NCBI GenBank assembly: GCA_963754875.1
Contig: CAVWHO010000013.1
Span: forward strand, 160,001 to 224,000
From: Nitrospirota bacterium
GTDB lineage: Bacteria; Nitrospirota; UBA9217
Direction: 5' to 3'
DNA: 64,000 nt
Numbering within the stretch: position 1 is the stretch's first letter; every line of letters starts with the position of its first letter. The notes under the pieces were generated by a model. That model was not told the origin of the DNA and did not search any database. It worked only from the letters and a program-made list of their open reading frames with translations. Shown piece by piece: positions 10,584 through 21,132 of this stretch. Position numbers and translations under genes: made by a program.

Positions 10584-10883
10584 ATGACAAAAGCAGACAT
10601 CATCTCGGAGGTTTTTGACAAGGTCGGCCTGCCCAAACAGGACGCTGAGGAAATGGTGGAGATGATTCTGGATTTGGTCAAACAGACCCTGAAAGAGGGC
10701 GAGACGGTAAAGCTCTCCGGCTTCGGAAACTTCGTGGTGCGGAAGAAAAATTCGAGAAAAGGCCGCAATCCGAAGACAGGCCAGGAGATCGAGATCACTC
10801 CGAGAAAAGTCGTCAGTTTCCGACCGAGCATGATTTTCAAAGAGCATGTCATCGAATCCTCTACAACAGCAACTGCCGAGTAA
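10584..10883 (+). CDS. ihfA: Integration host factor subunit alpha
   Basis: [27 protein letters not shown]; followed by merR-like gene and tRNA-Pro. Confidence 0.93.
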   Translation: MTKADIISEVFDKVGLPKQDAEEMVEMILDLVKQTLKEGETVKLSGFGNFVVRKKNSRKGRNPKTGQEIEITPRKVVSFRPSMIFKEHVIESSTTATAE

Positions 10884-11181
10884 GCTCTTCTATCGGATCG
10901 GTGAGGTGAGCCGTCTGACGGGGTTGGAACCGTACGTGCTCCGCTACTGGGAAACGGAATTCCCGCAAATCAAACCGGACAAGGGCCGTTCCGGTCAGCG
11001 CCTCTATAAAAAAAAAGATTTAGACACGATCCTCCAGATAAAACAACTGCTGTATAAGGATGGATTTACGATCGCCGGAGCGAGAAAGAAACTGAACGGG
11101 AAAGATGACCGGGAAGTCGCAGAAACCGTTATCGAGTCGGCGAAGAAAGAGTTGAGAGAAATCCTGGAGATATTGAAGTAA
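10846..11181 (+). CDS. MerR-family HTH regulator
   Basis: [36 protein letters not shown]; classic ihfA neighbour. Confidence 0.92.
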   Translation: MSSNPLQQQLPSKLFYRIGEVSRLTGLEPYVLRYWETEFPQIKPDKGRSGQRLYKKKDLDTILQIKQLLYKDGFTIAGARKKLNGKDDREVAETVIESAKKELREILEILK

Positions 11182-11266
11182 CGGGTCATGCAGCAAGGGT
11201 CGAGGAAACAGGAGAGAGCTGCTTTTTTACTCGTGGAACTTGATCCTTGATCGAAGAAAAAAATAT

Positions 11267-11343
11267 CGGGGCGTGGCGCAGCCTGGTAGCGTACTCGCTT
11301 GGGGTGCGAGTGGTCGGCCGTTCAAATCGGCTCGCCCCGACCA
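11267..11343 (+). tRNA. tRNA-Pro(GGG)
   Basis: CGGGGCG acceptor stem, anticodon arm CTCGC-TTGGGGT-GCGAG, GTTCAAATC T-loop, encoded CCA. Confidence 0.96.
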
Positions 11344-11347
11344 TAAT

Positions 11348-11384
11348 AAAAAGCCCGTGAATCACATGATTCACGGGCTTTTCT
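11348..11384. terminator. Intrinsic terminator after tRNA-Pro
   Basis: AAAAGCCCGTGAATCA-CA-TGATTCACGGGCTTTT perfect hairpin. Confidence 0.85.
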
Positions 11385-11667
11385 GTTTGTTGAAGTTGTT
11401 CACTGAGAAAACATTATGGCGCGAAATTGGCGCAATTCATTTTTTACACACGTCTCGTAGGGATTCCGGTGAGCCCTTGCATCTACTCCGAAGGAACAAA
11501 AACTCACCAAGGAGAATCCAATCTTCACGAGGCGCGCATTCACATCGACACTCGGCATATCCATTTGCGAAAGTTATTAATCTGCAATTCTCTGTAGACA
11601 CCGTGAAAAAACGGGATATTGGATCCTCATCCCTGTCTGAAACCAGCCTAATAAAGTTTTGATAATA

Positions 11668-11686
11668 TAGGAGAAAAATAGTCCTA
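11668..11686. promoter_or_regulatory. Putative Rrf2 operator TAGGA-N9-TCCTA (copy 1)
   Basis: TAGGAgaaaaatagTCCTA just upstream of TTGACA (11696-11701); same motif precedes cydA. Confidence 0.55.
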
Positions 11687-11761
11687 AAAAAGAGCTTGAC
11701 AGGACTAAGGCTTTATGTTAAGTGAGAGAAAATCCAATATGGCATCAGTGCAGGAGGAACT

Positions 11762-12181
11762 ATGGAATTAGTCAATGTGAATAAACTGGGAGTTGTGAAA
11801 GGGACCGCCGCGGAGGATGCAGCCATTGCGAATTTCAGAGGTGAAACTCAGGAGGTAGGGCTTTATCTCGCCATGTCCCGACAGGCGCAGCGTCAAGGAT
11901 ACCCGGAAGTCGCCGAAGCACTTAGGCGGATCGCCTGGGAGGAGGCTGAACACGCTGCCCGCTACGCAGAGATGCTCGGACTCGTATCGGGGCAAACGAA
12001 AGACAACCTGGAAAAGATGCTGCATGGAGAAATCGGGGCGAACAAAGGCAAGCGTGATGCGGCCGTTAAAGCGAAGGAAGCAAATGTGGAGGAGGCCCAT
12101 GACCTCTTCGCTGAATCGTCAAGGGATGAAGCGCGACATGCAATGATGCTGAATGGTCTTCTTGAAAGGTTTTTTCAATAA
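11762..12181 (+). CDS. Rubrerythrin-family ferritin-like di-iron protein (no rubredoxin domain)
   Basis: [25 protein letters not shown] di-iron ligands. Confidence 0.88.
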   Translation: MELVNVNKLGVVKGTAAEDAAIANFRGETQEVGLYLAMSRQAQRQGYPEVAEALRRIAWEEAEHAARYAEMLGLVSGQTKDNLEKMLHGEIGANKGKRDAAVKAKEANVEEAHDLFAESSRDEARHAMMLNGLLERFFQ

Positions 12182-12184
12182 GCC

Positions 12185-12586
12185 ATGTTGGTGACGAGAG
12201 AGACCGATTATGCCATGCGGTGTGTATTGTACCTCGCGCGGGAACAAGGCCAGTTTGTAAATGTCGGTGACATTTCTCAGCAGATGAACATCCCAAAGAG
12301 CTTCCTTGCCAAGATCCTGCAGCGTCTTGTTCGCGAAGGAATTGCAGAATCGATCCGCGGAATAAACGGCGGTTTCCGCCTTTTGAAGGAACCAGATCAG
12401 ATCACGCTTCTCGAAGTCCTTACAGCAATCCAAGGAATCGCTCCGGTGAACACCTGCGCGCTTGACAAACGGCGCTGCCGCATGAGCTCACAATGCTCAG
12501 TCCATCCAGTCTGGATCGAAATTCGAAGAGAGATTGAAAGACGACTCGCCACGCAGACGATCGCCAGTCTGGTGGGGGAGGGATAG
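12185..12586 (+). CDS. Rrf2-family transcriptional regulator (three Cys, likely Fe-S)
   Basis: TDYAMR, IPKSFLAKILQRL, SIRGINGGFRL, C-x6-C-x5-C. Confidence 0.93.
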   Translation: MLVTRETDYAMRCVLYLAREQGQFVNVGDISQQMNIPKSFLAKILQRLVREGIAESIRGINGGFRLLKEPDQITLLEVLTAIQGIAPVNTCALDKRRCRMSSQCSVHPVWIEIRREIERRLATQTIASLVGEG

Positions 12587-12788
12587 TGGGCGGAACCACA
12601 AACACTATGACGTGGGAGAATATAAATTATCAACGGTGATGTGGTGCTGTACGCATGGACTGAACAGGAGCAATCCGTTGCGGATCACGCCATCGGAATA
12701 TGAAAACCGAGCACGAGAGGGGGATAGGATGCAGAGAACAGCGGGTCGATAGAGCAGCATGAGCAGAAGACATTTTTTTTGGTTGTAA

Positions 12789-12809
12789 ATAGGATGTTAA
12801 ACATCCTAT
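12789..12809. promoter_or_regulatory. Putative Rrf2 operator TAGGA-N9-TCCTA (copy 2)
   Basis: Palindrome ATAGGATGT-TAA-ACATCCTAT about 20 nt upstream of the cydA start. Confidence 0.65.
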
Positions 12810-12831
12810 ATGACACACGAAGGAGGGTCCT

Positions 12832-14181
12832 ATGGACGTCGCGTCGATAAGCAGATTACAGTTCGCCGTAACGAGCATGTTTCATTTTATATTTGTCCCA
12901 CTGACGCTTGGGTTGTCAATCCTGACAGCGTACATGGAAACACGCTGGGTGAAAACAGGAGATGAAGTGTATTTGAAAATGACCAAATTCTGGGGCAAGC
13001 TGTTCCTCATCAATTTCGCCCTGGGCGTGGTAACGGGTATTACGATGGAGTTCCAGTTCGGCATGAACTGGGCGGACTACTCCAAGTACGTGGGAGACAT
13101 ATTCGGCGCGCCCCTGGCCATTGAAGCGACGATGGCTTTCTTCCTCGAATCCGTGTTCATCGGGGTCTGGATCTTCGGCTGGAAGAGGGTTTCGAAGAAG
13201 GCCCACGCCGTTTCCATCTGGCTGGTGGCGCTCGCAACGAACCTGTCGGCGCTCTGGATCCTGCTGGCGAACGCCTGGATGCAGAAGCCCGTGGGGTATG
13301 TGCTCCGCAACAACCGGGCGGAGATGGTGGATTTCGGGGCCGTGCTCCTGAACCCCTACGGATGGCTCAAGTTCATCCATACGGTGTCCTCGGGCTACGT
13401 GATTGCCGCCTTTTTTGTCATGGGGATATCTGCCTATCATCTCTTGAGGAAAAACGAGACGGACTTCTTCCGCCGCTCCTTCAAGATGGCGGCCGCTTTC
13501 GGCCTGGTAGCCACGCTCGTTGTGGCCGTGCTCGGGGATCTGAACGCCGTGCAGGTGGCCCGCTATCAGCCGACGAAATTCGCTGCCATGGAGGCGGTCT
13601 GGGACACGCAGAAAGGCGCCGGGTTCAATATCTTTATCATTCCCGACACGGAGAAGGAGTGCAATTCGCTGGAAGGTCCCTGCATACCCAATATGCTCAG
13701 CTATCTTGCCTTCCATAACGCAGACGCCGAGATCAGGGGCTTAAAGACATTCGCGAAAGAGGACCGGCCGCCGGTCTGGCCCACCTTCGTCAGCTTCCGG
13801 CTGATGATCCTGATCGGTTTTGTTCTGATCGTTCTGGCCGCTTTCGGTCTCTTCTATGCCAGACGCGGGACGCTCGAACTCCATCCAAAGTTCCTCTTGC
13901 TCATGCTCTTTTCGATCCCCTTGCCCTATATCGCGGGCCAGCTCGGCTGGATCGTGGCCGAGGTGGGAAGGCAGCCGTGGATCGTGTACGGCGTGCTCAG
14001 GACGTCCCAGGCCGTATCAAAATCGATCAGCGTCGTGCAGGTCTATGCGTCGCTCCTGGGATTCACTCTTCTTTACGGTGGGCTCGGCGTGGTGGATATC
14101 TACCTGCTGTCCAAGTTCGCCAGGAAAGGTCCTGACAACGACCTTTCTCACCTACTCAAGCCGGCAGAAAAGGAGGCGTAA
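12832..14181 (+). CDS. cydA: Cytochrome bd ubiquinol oxidase subunit I
   Basis: RLQFA..HFIFVPLT, EFQFGMNW, QPTKFAAME, EVGRQPW. Confidence 0.98.
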   Translation: MDVASISRLQFAVTSMFHFIFVPLTLGLSILTAYMETRWVKTGDEVYLKMTKFWGKLFLINFALGVVTGITMEFQFGMNWADYSKYVGDIFGAPLAIEATMAFFLESVFIGVWIFGWKRVSKKAHAVSIWLVALATNLSALWILLANAWMQKPVGYVLRNNRAEMVDFGAVLLNPYGWLKFIHTVSSGYVIAAFFVMGISAYHLLRKNETDFFRRSFKMAAAFGLVATLVVAVLGDLNAVQVARYQPTKFAAMEAVWDTQKGAGFNIFIIPDTEKECNSLEGPCIPNMLSYLAFHNADAEIRGLKTFAKEDRPPVWPTFVSFRLMILIGFVLIVLAAFGLFYARRGTLELHPKFLLLMLFSIPLPYIAGQLGWIVAEVGRQPWIVYGVLRTSQAVSKSISVVQVYASLLGFTLLYGGLGVVDIYLLSKFARKGPDNDLSHLLKPAEKEA

Positions 14182-14182
14182 C

Positions 14183-15211
14183 ATGATACTCCAAATCATC
14201 TGGTTCGTTCTCTGGGCTGTTCTCTGGGCGGTCTACTTCATGCTCGACGGATTCGTACTCGGCATGGGCATGCTCTATCCCTATCTTGCGAAAAGCGACC
14301 AGGACCGGAAGATCCTGATCACCACCGTGGGACCGGTGTGGAACGGCAATGAGGTCTGGCTTCTGACGGCGGGAGGAGCGACCTTTGCCGCATTCCCGGG
14401 GACCTACGCGCTCATGTTCAGCTATCTCTATACGGCCCTGCTGCTCCTGCTTTTCTCGCTCATCATCCGGGGCGTTTCACTCGAATTCCGGGGCAAGCTC
14501 GACTCTGCAGGATGGAAGAAGGCGTGGGACGCGGGCATCTTCATCGGCAGCGCGCTTCCGGCCCTCCTTCTGGGCGTGGCCTTCGGGAACATTTTCAGCG
14601 GTCTGCCCATGGACGCGGCGGGCTACCACGGATCGCTCCTGTCGCTTTTAAACCCCTACGGCCTCCTGACCGGCGCGCTGTTCGTCCTGCTCTTCTTGAC
14701 CCATGGGAGTCTGTACGTCTGCGTCAAGACCGAAGGGGCACTGTGCGATAAGTCTTCGGCAGCGGCGGGAAAAATCTGGACGGCCGAACTGCTCTTCGCC
14801 GTCGCCTTTTTGATCGCTACGGCCTTTGCCACGAAGCTCTACGACAACTACATGAGCACGCCGATTCTTTTGATCGTACCGCTCGTGGCCGTGGCGGCAC
14901 TGATCGGGATCAGGATTTTCCTCGCCCGCGGAAAACCGCTTCTGGCCTTTACCTCATCCTGCGTGACCATCGTCGCGGTCGTCTTCACGGGAGTGATCGG
15001 GCTCTTCCCGAACCTGATTCCTTCCAGCATCGACCCGGCCCATAGCCTCACGATCTATAACTCGTCATCGAGCGCCTACACCCTCATGATCATGACCGTG
15101 GTGGCGCTCGTGTTCGTGCCGATCGTGATCGGCTATAAGATCTGGGTCTACCGGATCTTCCGCTTCCGCGTGACCGCGGACACGGTCATGAAGAATGAAC
15201 AGGCCTACTAA
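14183..15211 (+). CDS. cydB: Cytochrome bd ubiquinol oxidase subunit II
   Basis: LDGFVLG, GPVWNGNEVW, AAFP; start at ATG 14183 after AAGGAGG. Confidence 0.96.
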   Translation: MILQIIWFVLWAVLWAVYFMLDGFVLGMGMLYPYLAKSDQDRKILITTVGPVWNGNEVWLLTAGGATFAAFPGTYALMFSYLYTALLLLLFSLIIRGVSLEFRGKLDSAGWKKAWDAGIFIGSALPALLLGVAFGNIFSGLPMDAAGYHGSLLSLLNPYGLLTGALFVLLFLTHGSLYVCVKTEGALCDKSSAAAGKIWTAELLFAVAFLIATAFATKLYDNYMSTPILLIVPLVAVAALIGIRIFLARGKPLLAFTSSCVTIVAVVFTGVIGLFPNLIPSSIDPAHSLTIYNSSSSAYTLMIMTVVALVFVPIVIGYKIWVYRIFRFRVTADTVMKNEQAY

Positions 15212-15229
15212 GAATTGAAAAACGATCAC

Positions 15230-15264
15230 GGGAAGCCCCCCAAAGGGGCTTCCCCATTTCTTTC
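15230..15264 (+). terminator. Intrinsic terminator after cydB
   Basis: GGGAAGCCCC-CAAA-GGGGCTTCCC hairpin followed by T-rich run. Confidence 0.75.
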
Positions 15265-15809
15265 TCATCCCCTCCGGTTGATATATTTTGTCACAAATAT
15301 ATGCCTGACGCAGGGAGAATAACGATATCGATTGGGTATCTTGAGGGGCTAACAAATACGGAATGGAACATGAAGTGTTTCTATGAAATGCAATTTCAAC
15401 TGTCTCTTATGAACATCCAAGCCGACATAAATATGTTGACCGTTAAAATCGAGTTTGCTAATGTTGATTATCAAGTCTCCTTTCGGTGTATTTTTTGTCT
15501 GCCTGACGTAAAATATACCTTAAGACGGACAAGCATAGCGGTGGCCTGTCGTTCGCCTTGCAAATGTGACTGCAAGAACGATTGGCTGTACCTTCTTACC
15601 TGCGCTTATAGAGATTTGTGAATTGATTTGACCGGCTTATTAGTTGCCGAGAATACCCACCTGCTATTTTTTTCACTGTACGTTCCTTATAGATACCGCC
15701 GATAAAACGGTGTAAGATTATCGATCGCTGATTTGAACTAAGGGACCCGATAAAACGACCATATTTTTTTACCGCGTGCGCCGAAGGCGCTTGTGGTTAT
15801 AACGTTATT

Positions 15810-18227
15810 TTGATTGCCCGCACTATGCTTGACGAAAGGAAACTCATCCCTGTCGCACTCCGCGATTTTGCCCTGCCGATCCCGCGCACCGGCAGCATCG
15901 AAGCTCATTCAGGGTATGGACGCGCGGCTGTCGAAGGCCGGGAAACCCACGTCCGTGTGCAGAAGAAAAGAGCGAAGTCCGATCCTGCCTACCAGGCCGA
16001 AGTCCTGATTAGCCGCACCTTCGATCGGGAGGGGTATCGCTTCCGTGTCGACGGCCGGATGGATGGGATTTTCAGGCATGATCCGCTGAAGATCGAAGAG
16101 ATCAAGACCAGCTTTAACATCCGAGAACTTGCGCGCCGGCTTACGGCTGACGGGATGGCGCACCCCTACGTACTGCAGCTTTTGACCTACGGCTACTTCA
16201 CCTGGCTCGAGCACCAGGTCCTTCCTGTGCTGAACTTTCATCTCGTGTCCACCCGCACCCGGGAGTCTTTCGATCTGGAACTCGCCTTCGATGTGCCTGC
16301 GTACGAGAAATGGATCGAGCTGCGCCTCGACGAGCTTGTTCTCGAAGCCGCAAAAGCGGAGAAACGTTCGCGGCGCCGCAGGAAGATTGCCATTGCTTTT
16401 CCCTTCCCCTTTGAAAGGCCGCGTCTTGGCCAGATCGGGCTCATGCAAACTATCGAAGAGGGGATGGAAGAAGGAAACCCTATGCTCATCCAGGCCCCTA
16501 CGGGCCTCGGAAAGACGGCAGGGGTACTTTATCCAGTTCTGAAAGAAGCCCTGGGCAGGGGCCAGAAGGTGGTCTACGTCACCCCGAAGAACAGTCAACA
16601 CGCCGTTGCCGAAGATGCTGTTACGCGGTTTCACGATGCCGGCGCGAAACTGAAATCTCTCACGATCACGGCAAAAGGGAAGATCTGCTTCAAGAACGAG
16701 CCGCTCTGTAATCCTGATTTTTGCGAATACGCCCGTGATTATTACACCAAAGTAGATAAGCACGGGATCCTCGATATGCTCGCAAAAAAGAGGAAGTTAA
16801 AGGCCCGGCTGTTCCGCGATCTTGGAGAAGAGTACCAGGTCTGCCCGTTCGAACTGCAGTTCGACGGTGCGCAGGAAGCCGACATCGTGATCTGCGATTA
16901 CAACTATGTCTTTGCGCCGCGCTCCTCTTTCGGCCGGATGACGGAGCTCGGCATCGATCAGAAAGGGAAGCCGAATCTCGTTGTCGACGAGGCCCATAAT
17001 CTTCCCTCCCGTGCCATGGACTACTACTCTCCTGCTCTCTCAAGCCTCACCCTCGAACAAATGCGCAGCGGAATGTGCACGCTGCCGCTGCTCTTGCGGG
17101 TAGAAGCGGAAGAGCTTCTCGACGGTTGCATGCAGGTGCTTGTCTCCTGCATGCCGGATAAAATTGCAAAACCCGCGAAGATCGATCCAAAGATTGAATT
17201 GTTTCTTGAGCAGGACAACAGACTCCGTGCCTTCCTCTCACGGTATCTCGATTCCGACGTCGTCATCCAGCCGCGGGACGTCGTCATGAGGCTGTGCTTT
17301 TACTGGGCAGAATTCACGGAAGCCCTCGCGTACGTGGGCGATCCCGATCATCAGGAATTCTTCGCGACCTTTCATCCCCATGCGACCGGCGGCATCGTGA
17401 AGATCACCTGCTGCGATGCCTCAGCCATGCTTGCGGATTGCTATGATGAATACGAACAGGTCGTGGGGTTCTCTGCGACGTTAAAGCCCTTTGACTATTA
17501 CGCGAAGCTTTCCGGGCTCGATCCTGAGACAATCACGAAAGCGGAATTTTCGAGCCCTTTCCCGAAGGAGAACCGCAAACTCCTGATCATTCCCCAGATT
17601 TCGACCAAATATTCGGACCGTGAACGCAACTACCTCAGGATCAGTGATGCGATCCAGCGTATAGCTGCATTGCGAAAGGGAAATTATTTCGCCTTCTTCC
17701 CGAGCTTCGAGTTTCTGGAGAGGGTCCTCGTCCTGTTCAAACCCCCGGAAGGCTTCACTGTTCTCCGGCAGGAGAGGGACATGAAAGCGTCCGGGGTTGA
17801 GGCCATCCTGGAACAGCTCAAAGATGGAATTGCCCCGACGATCGTGTTCGCTGTGCAGGGAGGAATGTTGTCCGAGGGAGTGGACTACCCGGGCGATACG
17901 GTGATCGGCGCGTTCGTCGTCGGGCCGCCGCTTCCGAATTTCGACCTCGAACGTGAACAGATGAAGGAATATTATGAACGGAAATACGGCGCAGGTTTCG
18001 ACTATGCTTATGCGATACCCGCCATGGCAAAGGCGATCCAGGCCGCAGGGAGAGTGATACGTTCTGAGACCGATCAAGGGCTCATTGTCTTGATGGACAA
18101 TCGTTTCGTGCAACCCGGCTATTCCCGGTCGATGCCGGCAGACTGGTTTGAATCTGCGGCGATTGAACTGGTATCCGAAAGCATCATAAATGATGTCTCT
18201 GAATTTTGGAGAGGAAGTCTTTCCTGA
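15810..18227 (+). CDS. Rad3/XPD/DinG-family Fe-S DNA helicase with N-terminal PD-(D/E)xK nuclease-like domain
   Basis: GRMDG..IEEIKT nuclease motif; APTGLGKT, four Cys Fe-S ligands, VDEAHN, SATL, QAAGRVIRS; start may be ATG 15825. Confidence 0.9.
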   Translation: MIARTMLDERKLIPVALRDFALPIPRTGSIEAHSGYGRAAVEGRETHVRVQKKRAKSDPAYQAEVLISRTFDREGYRFRVDGRMDGIFRHDPLKIEEIKTSFNIRELARRLTADGMAHPYVLQLLTYGYFTWLEHQVLPVLNFHLVSTRTRESFDLELAFDVPAYEKWIELRLDELVLEAAKAEKRSRRRRKIAIAFPFPFERPRLGQIGLMQTIEEGMEEGNPMLIQAPTGLGKTAGVLYPVLKEALGRGQKVVYVTPKNSQHAVAEDAVTRFHDAGAKLKSLTITAKGKICFKNEPLCNPDFCEYARDYYTKVDKHGILDMLAKKRKLKARLFRDLGEEYQVCPFELQFDGAQEADIVICDYNYVFAPRSSFGRMTELGIDQKGKPNLVVDEAHNLPSRAMDYYSPALSSLTLEQMRSGMCTLPLLLRVEAEELLDGCMQVLVSCMPDKIAKPAKIDPKIELFLEQDNRLRAFLSRYLDSDVVIQPRDVVMRLCFYWAEFTEALAYVGDPDHQEFFATFHPHATGGIVKITCCDASAMLADCYDEYEQVVGFSATLKPFDYYAKLSGLDPETITKAEFSSPFPKENRKLLIIPQISTKYSDRERNYLRISDAIQRIAALRKGNYFAFFPSFEFLERVLVLFKPPEGFTVLRQERDMKASGVEAILEQLKDGIAPTIVFAVQGGMLSEGVDYPGDTVIGAFVVGPPLPNFDLEREQMKEYYERKYGAGFDYAYAIPAMAKAIQAAGRVIRSETDQGLIVLMDNRFVQPGYSRSMPADWFESAAIELVSESIINDVSEFWRGSLS

Positions 18228-18430
18228 AAAAAGCCGAGGATGCCCATGCCGGAAATGCGCCGTTGGCTTCGACGAGGCTCATTATCGTGCATTGACCGTT
18301 GTTCTTTCTTCTGTCGGAAGGAAACGTGAGCCGAGGACGAAACAGTCCCTTCTTTCCCCTTTACTTTCCACTCCTTTTTATTGTATAAACCTCCTGTGTT
18401 CAACAACTGCGCAATTTTGAGGTGTAACGC

Positions 18431-19208
18431 ATGATCCTCGTAACCAATGATGACGGTGTTTATTCACCGGGCATACAGGTCCTCGCAAAGCGTTTGCGCG
18501 AGCTCGATACCGTCGTGATCGTGGCCCCGGACCGGGAGCGGAGTGCGGCAGGCCATTCCATGACGCTCCATCGCCCTCTCCTGATCGAGGAAATCAAGGA
18601 AGGAATGTACAGCGTCAACGGCACGCCGACGGATTGTGTGAATATCGCGGTCAAGGGACTTTTAAAAGAGATGCCGAAACTGGTGGTATCGGGCATCAAC
18701 AAGGGGCCGAACCTCGGCGACGACGTGACCTATTCAGGGACGGTTGCCGGGGCGATCGAAGGCATCCTGCTCGGGATACCTTCCTTCGCAATTTCTCTTG
18801 CTGCACGGGAAGACTTTCGTTTTGCTGAAGCAGCGGAAGTGGCGTTCCACGCGGCGCAGCCGCATCGTGCAGGACGGACTCCCCGTTGGAACGCTTCTCA
18901 ACATCAATGTGCCGAACCTTCCTGTCGACAAAATACAGGGTACGCTCGTCACGAGGCTCGGCAAACGGATCTATCATCAAATGACGGTGGAGCGGGTGGA
19001 CCCGCGCGGGAAGAAGTACTACTGGATCGGCGGGGGAGAACCTGATTGGGAACGGGAGGCGGGGACGGACCTTGATGCCGTGGACCGGAAGTTCGTCTCG
19101 ATCACGCCGCTCCATCTCGATATGACGGATTATGCATCTTTCGACCTGCTCAAGTCCCTGGAGGCAATGTCCTACCAGGAGATCGCCAGGCAGGGGAGCG
19201 CCGAGTGA
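18431..19208 (+). CDS. surE: 5'/3'-nucleotidase SurE (one +1 frameshift near 18860, probably a sequencing error)
   Basis: [30 protein letters not shown] in one frame; [24 protein letters not shown] in the next. Confidence 0.92.
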
Positions 19209-19849
19209 TCAACTTCGAGAAAGAACGCAGCCGCATGGTGGAGGAACAGATCGTCGGCCGCGGCATCAAAGACGAACGGGTCATTGCTGCCATGCGCAAG
19301 GTGCCGAGGCACGAGTTCCTGCCCGAGGCCATCCGAGGCATGGCGTACCAGGACAGCGCGCTGCCGCTCGGCGAAGGACAGACTATGTCCCAGCCCTATA
19401 TGGTGGCGGTGATGTCCGAGCTCCTGGGACTATCCGGCACGGAGCGCGTGCTCGAGATCGGCACGGGCTCGGGATACCAGTCAGCGGTGCTTGCAGAATT
19501 ATGCGAGAAGGTCTATACCGTGGAACGAATTAAGATCCTCGCGGACCGTGCCCGGGAGACCCTTGACCGTCTCGGGTACCGGAGTGTCGCGATCAAAGTC
19601 TATGATGGGACCTACGGTTGGAAGGACATGGCGCCCTTTGACGCCATCATCGTTACGGCGGGCTCGCCGGATATTCCCGGGCCGCTCGTCGAACAGTTGA
19701 AGGAAGGAGGCAGGATGGTGATCCCCGTGGGAGACCGATATGGCCAGATGCTCATGAAAGTCGTCAAGACGCCCGAAGGGCCTGTTACGGATCGGAGCAT
19801 CCCCTGCGTGTTCGTTCCGCTCATCGGCAACCACGGATGGAAAGAATAG
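19205..19849 (+). CDS. pcm: Protein-L-isoaspartate O-methyltransferase
   Basis: [35 protein letters not shown]; surE-pcm synteny. Confidence 0.97.
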   Translation: MINFEKERSRMVEEQIVGRGIKDERVIAAMRKVPRHEFLPEAIRGMAYQDSALPLGEGQTMSQPYMVAVMSELLGLSGTERVLEIGTGSGYQSAVLAELCEKVYTVERIKILADRARETLDRLGYRSVAIKVYDGTYGWKDMAPFDAIIVTAGSPDIPGPLVEQLKEGGRMVIPVGDRYGQMLMKVVKTPEGPVTDRSIPCVFVPLIGNHGWKE

Positions 19850-19927
19850 GTTCGTATAACAATAAGACGGGAAATTTTCGCGCAAAGACGCCAAGCTCGC
19901 AAAGAAATTCAAATCTTTTTTGGTTTT

Positions 19928-19999
19928 TAATATGAGCAAGCCGACCGTGTCGGCGTTATCAACGGCAACACGGTTGCCTTGGTCCAAAGGAACGAGGTT
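19928..19999 (+). repeat. Family E double-hairpin repeat, copy 1
   Basis: Differs from 23791-23863 by one indel and one substitution. Confidence 0.92.
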
Positions 20000-20053
20000 T
20001 CTGCCCTGCAGGGCCATGTCTGCCGGGCGATGTCCCGGCCGACACATACCCCC

Positions 20054-20656
20054 TTACGTTCCCCGTTTCCCCTTCACGTTTTGCTCAGTTCCGATTGCCC
20101 GATACAAGATCGAAAGTGTGAACCCGATACCCCCTCCCAGGACTGCACCAGCAAGAACATCGGTAGGATAGTGGACCCCCAAATACATACGTGAAAAGGC
20201 GATAGCCGATGCCAGGAGCAGAGGATAGAGCCGCCAAACAAGGGGTATGTATCCCTTTGTCAGATAAAAGAGCGGCAGGGCAAAGGCAAAAGAGCTGATC
20301 GCGTGGCCCGAGGGCAGGGAAAATGATTTCGGACAGTTCGTAATCAGCCTGATTCCGTCGATCGCGCGACAGGGCCGTACGCGTGCAACAGCATCCTTCA
20401 TCCAATCCTCCACGAACCCCGAGAGATAAACGGAGCAGCAGGCGATCAGGAACGTCCAAGCCGCAGCCGCGAGATACTTCTTACCCCGGTCGTTCTTCCG
20501 GCCCGCTCCCCACAGGAACATGGCAAGAAGAAGGGGTATGACCAGAAGATAGCCGCGCGCAGAAAGAGCGGGCATAAGGATATCGAACAGGGAGTTCGCA
20601 AGGCCATGATTGATCAGGAGCAGCAGTCGCGTGTCGAAGTATTGGATGGTCATCAT
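20054..20656 (-). CDS. PAP2-family phosphatase
   Basis: K..VARVRP, SLPSGHA, SRMYLGVHYPTDV. Confidence 0.93.
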   Translation of the reverse strand: MMTIQYFDTRLLLLINHGLANSLFDILMPALSARGYLLVIPLLLAMFLWGAGRKNDRGKKYLAAAAWTFLIACCSVYLSGFVEDWMKDAVARVRPCRAIDGIRLITNCPKSFSLPSGHAISSFAFALPLFYLTKGYIPLVWRLYPLLLASAIAFSRMYLGVHYPTDVLAGAVLGGGIGFTLSILYRAIGTEQNVKGKRGT

Positions 20657-20660
20657 TAAA

Positions 20661-20769
20661 TTCCTCCCCCTTCAAGGGGGAGGCTAGGTGGGGGATGGGG
20701 TAACGGAGGACTCTGGCGATATATCGGAGGCCCATCCTCACCCCGGCCCTCCCCTTGAAGGGGAGGGAG
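20661..20769. repeat. Empty family A element with two hairpin arms
   Basis: CCTCCCCC-TTCAA-GGGGGAGG-CTAGGTGGGGGATGGG ... CCCATCCTCACCCCGG-CCCTCCCC-TTGAA-GGGGAGGG; closely resembles 4812-4906. Confidence 0.88.
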
Positions 20770-20793
20770 TATCACACTTGCATGTACGTGCCT

Positions 20794-21132
20794 TTATTTT
20801 TTTTCGGTGCGGCACTTGACGACATTCGTGTCGCTCAGTTCAATCAGCCCTTTTTCTACAACCGAGGTCACATCTTCAAGGACACCGTTGATCATCTCTT
20901 CCGAGTCGATTGCTTCGATCTTGACCGGGAGGTCAGTAGACAACTCAAGCATTTTAGCAGTATGAAATACCCCATGGCTCCCGTATCCGGCCACTCCCCG
21001 GAACACGCTTACGCCGGCGATCTTTTTCTTATAAAAAATGTCCAGCAGGACCTCATAGAGGGGTTTGCCGTGTAACTTATCCGATTCGTCTATATATATG
21101 GAAAGCTTTTTTGCAGGCCCGTTTTTTACCAT
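20794..21132 (-). CDS. DUF190 PII-like protein
   Basis: IYIDESD, GVSVFRGVAGYG, LSTDLPVKIEAID; typical crcB neighbour. Confidence 0.9.
   Translation of the reverse strand: MVKNGPAKKLSIYIDESDKLHGKPLYEVLLDIFYKKKIAGVSVFRGVAGYGSHGVFHTAKMLELSTDLPVKIEAIDSEEMINGVLEDVTSVVEKGLIELSDTNVVKCRTEKK

Noticed and set aside
15301..15621. 106-aa ORF between cydB and the helicase
   Set aside because: AT-rich, no SD, non-protein-like composition; treated as spacer.
18228..18430. attR duplicate of the tRNA-Pro 3' end marking an integrated island
   Set aside because: No copy of the tRNA 3' sequence and no integrase were seen.
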